From contig NC_057718.1 in NCBI RefSeq assembly GCF_004010195.1, positions 91,327,916 to 91,391,915 of the forward strand: a stretch of 64,000 nt of DNA. Reading direction: 5' to 3'. Below are positions 54,341 through 64,000 of this stretch, piece by piece (the stretch's first letter is position 1; every line of letters begins with the position of its first letter). This stretch comes from Chiloscyllium plagiosum. Lineage: Eukaryota. The translations under genes were made by a program, and so were the position numbers. The notes under the pieces were generated by a model that was given only the letters and a program-made list of their open reading frames with translations, was not told the origin of the DNA and searched no databases.

Positions 54341-55784
54341 AACCTAAATAAGTGTGAGGTGATGCATTTTGGAGGTCAAATGCAAGAGGAAAGTGTAATG
54401 GCAGGGCTCTTAGGAGCATTGATATACTGAGGGATCTTGGAGTGCAAATCCATAGCTCCCAGAAAGTGACAACATAAGTGGATAAGGTGGTAAAGAAGGC
54501 ATACCACCTGCTTGCCTTCATCAGTCAGGGTATAGAGTATAAAAGTTGGCAAGTCATTTTGGAGCTGTATAAGACTGTGGTTAGGTCACATTTGGAGTAA
54601 TGTGTGCATTTATGGTCACCACACTATAGGGAGAATGTGAAAGCTTTGTAGAGGGTACATCAGAGGTTTAACAGGATGTTGCCTATATTGGAATCTATTA
54701 GCTGTAAAGGTAGGTGAGAAAGGATTGTTTTCACTAGAACATCAGACATTGAGGGGCAGCATGATAGTGTGTATTTAGTCAGGGGTAAATATAAGATAGG
54801 GGAATGAGTCTGGGTGGGTTACTCTTCAGAGGGTCAGTGTGACTTGTTGAGCCGAGAAGCCTATTTCCATACTGTAGGGAATCTAATCTAATCTAAAATT
54901 ATGAGATGCATGCTTAGTTTGAGTCGTTGGAGTCTTTTTCCTCGGATGGACATGTCAAAACCTAGGCAGCATAAGTTTAAGGTGTGAGAGGGAGAGTCTA
55001 AAGTAGATGTACAAGGCAAATCTTTTACAGAGAGGCCAGTAAGTGACTGAATCATGATGCCTGGGAAAGTTGTAGAAGCAGATACAATAGAACTGGTTAA
55101 GAGACACTTAGACACACAAACAGATAGGGAATACAGAGGTATGGACCATGTGCAGGCAGATAGGAGTAGTTTAGGATTATTCACCAAAAACATGGTGGGC
55201 CAGTGGGCCTGTTCCTGTGCCATACTGTTCCATGTTCTGTCACAGTTAAAGTTTTAAAGCAGGCATATTGACTCCGACTGGTCAGGGATAGCATTGACAA
55301 ATGCAAAGTTGGATGTGGTTGGCGCCTTTGGTGTTGCAAAAAATAGTGAAGGAATAAGTTATTTGAAATGATCCACCAATCTTTGGGACATATGGCCTAC
55401 ATACCTGACATCACTCTGACACTGAAATTCAAATATCACAATACTCATTTGTGTGATAGGCAAACACCTTTTGGCTTGACAACAGCACTTGTTAAGGATG
55501 AATGCCACTCATGTTCCTCCTACATAGGAGCACCGAGTGACAGCTAACTTCAGCTGTTGCTTATACCTTTGATATACTTCACCCTTCCAGGGTAACAGAA
55601 ATACTCTTGATACTTTTCAGGACAAAGAATGACCCCTTAGGGTCTTTCATGTGTTTTTGTAATATGCAATATGAAATGATATGGTCAGGGTAGCTATTAT
55701 CTTGGATAATGGCCTTGATGCACCCTGTTTCAGTATCAAGTTTGCATACTGAACAAATGGTACAGGCTACAGGATTGGAAAAAT

Positions 55785-56420
55785 CATAAGAACGTAAGAA
55801 CTAAGAGCAGGAGTAGGCCATCTGGCCCTTCGAGCCTGCTCCACTATTCAATAAGATCCTGGCTGCTCTTTTCGCAGACTCAGCTCCACTTACCCGCCCT
55901 CTCACTGTATCCCTTAATTCCTTTATTGTTCAAAAAAATCTATCTTAGCTTTAAAACTGTTTACTGAAGTAATGTCAACTACTTCACTGGACAAGGAATT
56001 CCATAGATTAACAACTCTCTGGGTGAAGAAGTTCCTTCTTAATTAAGTCCTAAAACTACTCCATCTAATCTTGAGGCTATGCCTTCTTGTCTTAGTTTCA
56101 CCTGCCAGTGGAAACTGTCCACTTCTACCTTATCTATCCCCTTAATAATTTTATATGTTTCTATAAGATCCCCCCTCATTCTTCTGAATTCCAATGAATA
56201 TAATCCCAGTCTACTCAGTCTCGCTTCAATAGCCAACCCCCTCAATTCCAAAATCAACCCAGTGAACCTCCTCTGCATCCCCTTTAGCGTCTGTACATCC
56301 TTTCTCGAGTCAGGAGACCAAACCTGCATGCAGTACTCCAGGTTTGGCTTCACCATCACCTTGTACAGCTGCAACATAACCTCCCTGTTTTCAAAGTCAA
56401 TCCCTTTAGCAATGAAAGAC
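55785..56420 (-). mobile_element. CR1 3' fragment ((ataaga)n-type tail)
   Basis: KPNLEYCMQVWSP...LYSLEFRRMRGDLIETYKI. Confidence 0.9.
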
Positions 56421-56714
56421 TGTTTAATGCTGACCAATTTGAGGTGAAATGGAGACAATTGCCCTATTTATACAGGGGAAAAGGGAAGAGGAGTTCTGAA
56501 ACACTAATTTGTATTGAAATAGGTGCCTAATACATCAATATCTGCACTAAGGAATCGAGCATTGCTTGCAGTCCTGACATTCACGCAAATCTGAAAATTT
56601 ACAAATTTTGTTCCCAAAGCAAATATTCAGGATTATTATTAAGAATGATAAAAAGTATTGGATTTAACATCAATCCCTGCAGGATGCTACTTGTAATTGG
56701 ACTCCAAACAGATC

Positions 56715-57075
56715 AAAATCAAGATTCTTAGGGGGCTTGAGAGGGTGGATGTGGAGAGGTTGTTTCCCTATTGTGGGAAAATACAGGAGCAGATAGCATC
56801 ATGTCAGATTAAGGAGTCACCCATTTAAGACAGAGATGAGGAAGAATTTTTTTTCTCACAGACAATAGTAAGTCAGTGGAATTCTTTACCCCAGAGGGCT
56901 GGTGGCATTGAGTGTTTAACTGTATTCATAGCTGAGACGGAGATTTTTAATCAGTAAGGAGATCAAGGATTATGGGGTGAAGGCAGAAAAGTGAAGTTGA
57001 GGATTACTAGATCAGACATGATCTCATTGAATAGCAGAACAGACTTGTTCCTGTGTCTTATAGTCTTATAGTCTA
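56715..57075 (+). mobile_element. CR1 3' fragment
   Basis: ccatttaagacagagatgaggaagaattttttt; tail tcttatagtcttatagtct. Confidence 0.8.
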
Positions 57076-57599
57076 ATCCTCAGAGCTAAGTTTTAAACTT
57101 AACTACTGTCTAATATAGCTGCAATTACAACAAAATAAATGTCAGCTTCTTGCTGCTGTAGCCACACATTAATAAGTATTCTAGCAAATATCCTCAAGTT
57201 TTGCAGAGCCAATTTCAGTGCAGTTATCCTATTTCTTAGCATAACATTTACAGTAGCTATTACAGTGTTCAGTCTGAAACTACATACATTGTGAGACAGC
57301 ACCTTGTAGTGTTTATATCTTGCTGCTCCGGCAACATGTTTTTAAAACTTTCAACTAATTGCTCATCCACATATAGTTGAGATCTAAATATCTGCAGCCT
57401 ACATTCAGTGTCCAATCACAGACTGTGTGATATCCTTAGTCAGTTAATTACTCTTGGTAGTGATATAACCACACGGTGAAGCCACAGGTGACTGAATCTC
57501 TCTTGTTGTTTGCAGAAGTGATCCTCAGGCTTTGAATATTGTTGTTGCAGATAGTCCAACATAATTTGTGAACAGAGGGTGTCATTTATTATCCCTGTT

Positions 57600-58086
57600 G
57601 AAAAGTGTGGTGCTGGAAAAGCACAGCAGGTCAGAAAGCATCCGAGGAGAGTCAGTGTTTCGGGCATAAGCCCTTCATCAAGGATTTGGAGGGGGAAGGA
57701 GACAGAGATAAATAGGGCAGTAGGGGTAGGGTAATGGGCAAGGTAGCTGGGAAGGTGATAGGTGGAAGGGGGTGAGGGGTAATAATGATGGTCGGTGGGG
57801 AGGGTGGAGCAGTTAGGTGTGAAGGAAGATAGACAGGTAGGACAGGTCAAGAGGCAGTGCCTTGGAGAGTTGGATCTGGAATGAGTAGGAGAGATTTGGA
57901 AACTAGTGAAGTCGATGTTGATGTCATGTGGTTGAAAGGCCCCAAGGCAGAGATGAGGCATTTTTCATTCACTTGTCGGGTGGCTTTGATTTGGCGGTGG
58001 AGGAGGCCCAGGACTTGCATGTACTCCAGGACTGGGAGGTGGAGTTGAAGCAGTGAAGTTGTTTAGTGCATGTGTCCTCGAGATGT
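57600..58086 (-). mobile_element. Penelope-like element 3' part
   Basis: Family-2 terminal repeat plus GIY-YIG C-terminus (PHLCLGAFQPHDINIDF); flanking tccctgtt at 57592-57599 and 58087-58094. Confidence 0.8.
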
Positions 58087-58234
58087 TCCCTGTTTATGCT
58101 GGTAATTTAGCATAATCCAGGTGGAATTGGCTAAGCCAGTGCAAAAGATCAGGATTTATAAATCTGTGTAATCTCCAACAAATATCCCCTGGGTCGGTAT
58201 CTGACATGATCAGTCATGCTACTTGTAGATTCAG

Positions 58235-58395
58235 GAGCAAATTACTGCAGATGCTGGAATCTGTACTGAAAACAACAAATGCTGGAGATCACAGCAGATC
58301 TGTTCAGAGTCATCTAGACTTGAAACGTTAGCTTGCTCTCTCTCCATGGATGCTGTCAGACCCGCTGTGATCTCCAGCATTTGTTGCTTTCAGTA
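58235..58395. mobile_element. Mini fold-back Penelope-derived element (related subfamily)
   Basis: TSD ttgtagat(t/a)cag at 58223-58234 and 58396-58407; inverted arms tactgaaaacaacaaatgctggagatcacagc / gctgtgatctccagcatttgttgctttcagta. Confidence 0.8.
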
Positions 58396-59314
58396 TTGTA
58401 GATACAGTTTGGTGAATCACGTTCCACCCATACTAGTAGCCACACTCTCAGGTTAAAATTGCAAATGTACGAATTAAGGAAGGTTCTTCAAATTGCACTT
58501 CATTCCTCAGATGCCGTGACACTAACAAGCATATTTTAAAAGCATTTTGTATCAAATGATATTTGAATTACTAAAAGATTGATTTATACTCACCAATTAA
58601 ATAAGTTGATTGCTAAATAAAAGTTGTCTTTATTAATATATTTACACATTATCTGCATGTGAACATTTATGCATTTATTAAACACTTTTAAAAACCAACA
58701 CAATTTTGAGCACATTTTGACTACAATTTCTTAAATCTGTTCTAAACATAAACTCTTCTTTCTGATATCCACTAGAACTACGTAGCAAGACACTCTGTAT
58801 CATATGGACAGAGAATCAAAGCAACACAAATGCTAGTTTATGAGCATCTGCAATGAAATGATTTATTTTTCATAGTGATCTTATTTTCCATCTCATTTTT
58901 AATATATGAGGAGTTAGCATACTTTGGATTGGAACTTAACAAATGCAGTTTTTGTGGCTTCCACATTGGCCATTATCGTAAGATATAAGTTTACAATTCT
59001 GTTGCAATATGCCATCCTCAATTCAACTAGTTTCAACTAATTTATGTACTCTTGTTTCATAAGCTGAATATAGTCTTTTCATAGTCATAATGATTCAGAT
59101 TCTGTGGTTATCTCACCAATCTTATGTCAAATCCTGTTCTACTGAAATCTGTCTCCTGATCTGGTTTGAGAGGTCATTACCAATTCCAAATATTAACACT
59201 TCCTATCAATGATCACCTGCACTTCAAAATAAGTAAATATTCAACCAAACTAGATTTCCTTGGATTTTACTTTTAAAGTAGCTACTGTTTTCCATTCAGC
59301 TCTGGCAGTGGTTA

Positions 59315-60774
59315 TTGACAAAAAAAACTATAGATGCTGGAAGAACACAGCAAGCCAGGCAGCATCAGGAGGTGGAGAAGTTGACATTTTGTGTCTAACC
59401 TTTCTTCAGGACTAGGGTTGGGTGTAAGGGGCACTGCAGATAAAGGGGGTAGCAGGGGCAGGGTGGTGAAGTGGGGATAGGTGAAGACAGGCAAAGGGTA
59501 TGATCTGGTTGGTCAATGGGAAGAATGAATCCGATAGGTGGTTGGGAGAAGTGGAAGGGAGGGGGAGGGGCTGGGACGAGAGTCAGGGAATGGGAAGATA
59601 TTTGAAATTGGAGAACTCAATGTTGAGTCTTCCAGGCTGTAGGCTGTCCAGGTGGAAGATGAGGTGTTGTTCCTTCAATTTGTGGTTTGATTCGTTGTGG
59701 CAATGGAGGAGACCAAGGATGGTCATGTCAGAAAAGGAGTAGGAAGGGGAAGTAAAATAGGTGGTGATTGGGAGGTCTGGTCAGCCCCTGCGGGCCCGGC
59801 TGACATGCTCGGTGAACCATTCCCTAAGTTTACGTTTGGTCATCCCGATATAGAGAAGACCACATCGGGAGCATCTGATGCATTAAGCGTAAGTTGGAAG
59901 AGAGGCAGGTGACCCTCTATCTCACTTGGAAGGACTGTTTGGGATCCTGGATGGAGGTGAGGGATGTGGTGTACCGGCAGGTTTTGCATATTTTCCGGTT
60001 GCAGGAGTAGGTACCTGGGGGAGCGGACGTGGTTGGTGGAGAGAGTGGCGCAAACCAAAGACTGTTGAAGGGAACAGTCCTTGTGGAAGGCAGAGAGGGG
60101 TGGTGAAGGGAGGATGTACTTGGTGGTGGGGTCTAGTTGGAGTTGGCAGAAGGATGATGCGTTGGTTGCAGAGACTGGTGGGATATTACCCACAGACTCT
60201 CACAATTACCTGGACTACACCTTCTCCCACCCAGTATCCTGCAATAACTCTGTCCTGTTCTCCCAATTCCTCCATCACCACCGCATCTGCTTGGGAGACA
60301 TTCCACTCCTAAGCATCCTTAATGTCCACCTATTTCAAACAACACACTTTTCCTCCTTATGTTATCCAAACAGCCCTCCACCACACCACCTGCATCCCTG
60401 TTCCACTGCTCGAAATCCCACCCCCAAAGCAATAAAGACAAGGTCCCCATTGTCCTCACCTGCCACCTGACCAGTCTTTGCATCTAAAGCATCATACTTA
60501 AACACTTCCACCAACTCCATCTGACCCCACCACCAAGAACATATTCCCCTCCCCACCCCTCTCTGCCTTCCCCAAGGACTCTTCCCATTGACGGCCCTTG
60601 GTCTGCGCCATTCTCCCCACTAACCCTGCCCAAACCCCGAGGTACCTTACCAAGCAACCAGAAAATATGCAAAATCTGTCGGCACACCACCCCGCCTCAT
60701 CTCCATCCAGGGCCCCAAACAGTCCTTCCAGGTGAGACAGAGGTTCACCTGCCTCTCTTCCAACCTAGCTTACT
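59315..60774. mobile_element. Penelope-like element with inverted halves (- 59315-60175, + 60187-60774), cut by a Gypsy LTR
   Basis: PTDSHNYLDYTFSHP on +; the same region reverse-complemented upstream. Confidence 0.85.
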
Positions 60775-63700
60775 TGTCACAAAGCTGGTCCTTTTTTTCT
60801 AAAAGTGGTTCCTTTTCTCAAGGATACTGTGCCATTGATTTTTTTTCAGAGGAGTCATAAAGCACTACGGGCTCCGTAACAGTTGATTTTGGTACAGAGA
60901 TAGAAGAGTGTTGAGAGGCCTTTTTGTTTATACGTAAACAAATGAGTCTTTAGGGCAAAGCTTTTATGTTTTTAGAAGTCACCTATATAGGTCAAGGGGG
61001 TGTGGCCAGCTCTCTGGCTGAGCAATTCAGTCCAGAACTAGTGGGAGTTCACCTGTAGACAGTGTGGAAACAGGCTGCTGAACTCTCTCTTCTTCTAACT
61101 TTGACCTATCAACTTTTGCTTCATTTTTATTGTGTTTTAAGGGGTTTGCTTATTGGGACTGTTGTGTGTGTTCAGAACAACATAATTAAGTCTAGTTTGG
61201 ATACATTTTTGTCTGTTTTAAAACCTGGTAGTCAACCTAGCTAACTTACTTCGGGTACTTTTCATTGTACACTTAGCGAAACAAATCGCAAAGTTATGGT
61301 CTGGGCTGCCTGCTTAAGAAAGTATTGAGTGGACTGGCCTGGTCCATAACAGATTGGGGACTCATTGCGGGATTTTAAACAGCGAGAGGTAGGTGTTAGT
61401 GTCTTTATTTTGAGTGTTGGTTTGGTTGAGTAGACAAAGCTTGGGATAGTAATGGCTCTTTCACTCGCCAAAAGCTTTCTAGAAGTGGGTGAGGTGACTT
61501 TGGACATTTTGCAAAAGGCGAATAAGACCAAGCTGCAGGAATTAGCAGACAAGCTGGAATTGGAGCTGCTTCTGTGAGGAAAGGAGAGATAATTACAGCA
61601 GTAGCTCAGCTTTCAAACTTGCTGGAGAAACCATCAGAATCTGTAGAGATGGTAAGAATTCAATTGCAAATGAAGCAGCTTTAGTTAGAGGTGAGAGATA
61701 AGGAAAGAGCAGCAGGAATGAAACAGTTTGAGTTACGATTAAAAGCAGAAGAGAGGGGAAAAGAACAAATAGCTTTAGCAGAAGAGAAAGAAAAAAGACA
61801 GCGTTTGAACTTCAGAAATTAACACCTAAAAAGGAAAGTCAGCTGAAAAAGCTGGAGATAACGGCTGAATGTAACCTTAGCAAGGAAGGAGTACAAACGC
61901 ATGTGGAAAAGCAGAGAGTTAAAATGGCAAGGTTAGCAGCTGATGTGGCTGATGATTATGAGCTGGTACATAAGACATGGTTTGGCTTCCAGAATCAATT
62001 TCAGTCCATGAGGGATAGAAATTGGAACAAAGAGAAATCCTCACGTGGAAAGGGAAAGGTAGATCTCAGTGAAGATCATAAGGATAACTTACCACAGGGT
62101 AAAAAAGAAGCTCTTGAGGGGGACAAAATAGTTACAAAGCTCCAGTGCTTTCATTGTAATAAAGTTGGCCAAATGAAATCACAGTGTTGGTGGGCTAGGA
62201 GAAAGCCAGATGTAGGAAAACCAGACAAGATTGGAAGTTCTGTTGGATAAGTAACAAAAAGCACAAGTGATGTTAGACAATTGCCTCAGAGTGTACAAGA
62301 TGATCAGAGGTTGGTTAAGGAGGAAGTGCTAGATCTGCTTAAAAAATATACAAGGTAAAGTTTATTCACATAGGCCAGGAGGAACAGGTAAAGAGGTTAC
62401 AATATTAAGGGACACAGGATCTCGCCAATCTGTAATGCTGAAGGATGAGGATGTACTCCTGACGGACTATTGCCAAAAAAAGTACTGGTACCAGGAATCC
62501 ATGGTGAGACAAAAAGCACTTATAGTGTCATAGAGATGTACAGCACGGAAACGGATCCTTCAGTCCAACCTGTCCATGCCAATCAGATATCCCAACCCAA
62601 TCTAGTCCCAGGCCCATATCCCTCCAAACCCTTCCTATTCATATGCCCATCCAAATACCTCTTAAATGTTGCAATTGTACCAGCCTCCACCACTTTCTCT
62701 GGCAGCTCATTCCATACCCGTACCACCCTCTGTGTGAAAAAGTTGCCCCGTAAGTCTCTTTTATATCTTTCTCCTCTCACCCTTATCCTATGCCCTCTAG
62801 TTCTGGATTCCCCGACCCCAGGGAAAAGACTTTGCCAATTAACTTATCCATGCCCCTCATAATTTTGTAAACCTCTATATGGACACCCCTCAGCGTCCGA
62901 CGCTCCAGGAAAAACAGCCCCAGGCTGTTCAGCCTCTCCCTATAGCTCAAATCCCAAACCCTGGCAACATCCTTGTAAATTTTTTCTGAACCCTTTCAAG
63001 TTTCACAACATCTTTCCGATAGGAAGGAGACCAGAATTGCATGCAATATTCCAAAAGTGGCCTAACCAATGTCCTGTACAGCCGCAACATGACCTTCCAA
63101 CTCCTGTACTCAATATACTGACCAATAAAGGAAAGCATACCAAACTCCTTCTTCACTATCCAATCTACCTGTGACTCCACTTTGAAGGAGCTATGAACCT
63201 GCACTCAAAGGTCTCTTTATTCAGCAACACTCCCTAGGACCTTACCATTAAGTGTATAAGTCCTGCTAAGATTTGCTTTCCCAAAATGCAGCACCTCGCA
63301 TTTATCTGAATTAAACTCCATCTGCCACTTCTTAGCCCATTGGCCTATCTGGTCAAGATCCTGTTGTAATCTGAGGTAACCTCTTCGCTGTCCACTACAC
63401 CTCCAATTTTGGTGTCATCTGCAAACTTACTAACTATACCTCTTATGCTCGCATCCAAATCATTTACGTATGTGACAAAAAGTAGAGGGCCCAGCACTGA
63501 TCCTTGTGGCACTCCACTGATCACAGGCCTCCAATCTGAAAAACAACTCTCCACCACCACTCTCTGTCTTCTACCTTTGAGCCAGTTCTGTATGCAAATG
63601 GCTAGTTCTCCCCGTGTTTCGTGAGATCTAACCTTGCTAATCAGTCTCTCATGGGGAACCTTGTCGAACGCCTTACTGAAGTCCATATAGATCACATCTA

Positions 63701-64000
63701 CCACTCTGCCCTCATCAATCCTGTTTGTTACTTCCTCAAAAAACTCAATCAAGTTTGTGAGACATGGTTTCCTACACACAAAGCCATGTTGACTATCCCT
63801 AATCAGTCCTTGCCTTTCCAAATACATGTACATTTGGTCCCTCAGGATTCCCTCCAACAACTTGCCCACCACCGACGTCAGGCTCACTCAGTTATGTAAA
63901 TTGAGGCTAGAATGTCCAAAGGTGAGTGGAAAATTTGTGGGAGGAATACTGGACAAACTCTCAGCTCCAGGAATACCATTTGTCCTTGTAAATGATATAG
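60775..64000 (+). mobile_element. Gypsy (probably Gmr1-like) LTR retrotransposon 5' half, decayed
   Basis: LTR tgtcac...taaca 60775-61351; tRNA-Pro-like PBS ttggggactcattgcgggat; gag ATG 61452; zinc knuckle CFHCNKVGQMKSQC; protease ILRDTGS at about 62402, resuming after 63888. Confidence 0.85.
62521..63887 (-). mobile_element. Young CR1/HER1-like LINE 3' 1.37 kb inserted in the Gypsy protease
   Basis: 180-aa RT ORF with [13 protein letters not shown] and KFADDTK; cact at both junctions. Confidence 0.95.

Larger units (their letters stand above)
53090..55240 (+). mobile_element. CR1 LINE remnants split by a Penelope element, with an HE1 3' fragment (about 54775-54895)
   Basis: RIKENPKAFY before the insert; NKCEVMHFG after it. 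Confidence 0.8.

Noticed and set aside
55591..55632. cccttccag|ggtaac as the next CFAP61 exon
   Set aside because: Reads GNRNTLDTFQDKE*; no homology.
57516..57565. Acceptor-like ttgtttgcag as the next CFAP61 exon
   Set aside because: The phase-0 frame stops at once (AAG TGA) and has no similarity to the expected G.ELVTG...YFR.H peptide; the next exon is probably beyond 64000.
1..64000. CRISPR arrays, operons or prokaryotic defence systems
   Set aside because: The sequence is vertebrate intron/exon DNA; the direct repeats are TSDs, LTRs or probable assembly duplications, not repeat-spacer arrays.

Overview
This is eukaryotic (vertebrate) genomic DNA. The repeat content (HE1-type V-SINEs sharing 3' tails with CR1/HER1-like LINEs, abundant Penelope-like elements) indicates an elasmobranch (shark); that taxon is an inference. 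One protein-coding gene crosses the window on the + strand: six consecutive internal exons of CFAP61 (4605-4700, 9521-9689, 11167-11341, 25940-26232, 31569-31896, 43731-43822; 1153 nt). All have AG/GT boundaries and mutually compatible phases and cover part of the C-terminal FAD/NAD-binding-like region. I found no start codon, stop codon or next exon. The rest is intron, densely filled with nested retroelements (CR1, Rex1/Babar, L2, Penelope, Gypsy, SINEs), decayed Harbinger-like DNA elements and four N-gaps. Most notable: (i) three different Penelope-like families carrying minimal hammerhead ribozyme motifs with palindromic stem III, several inserted as tiny fold-back elements with 10-15 bp target-site duplications (TSDs); (ii) a candidate 3-nt microexon or recursive splice site and a candidate poison exon in a CFAP61 intron; (iii) repeat-free, E-box-rich stretches that may be enhancers for the neighbouring INSM1. 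All family assignments are from recognition of motifs by eye; no database search was run, and repeat boundaries are approximate unless a TSD is quoted.
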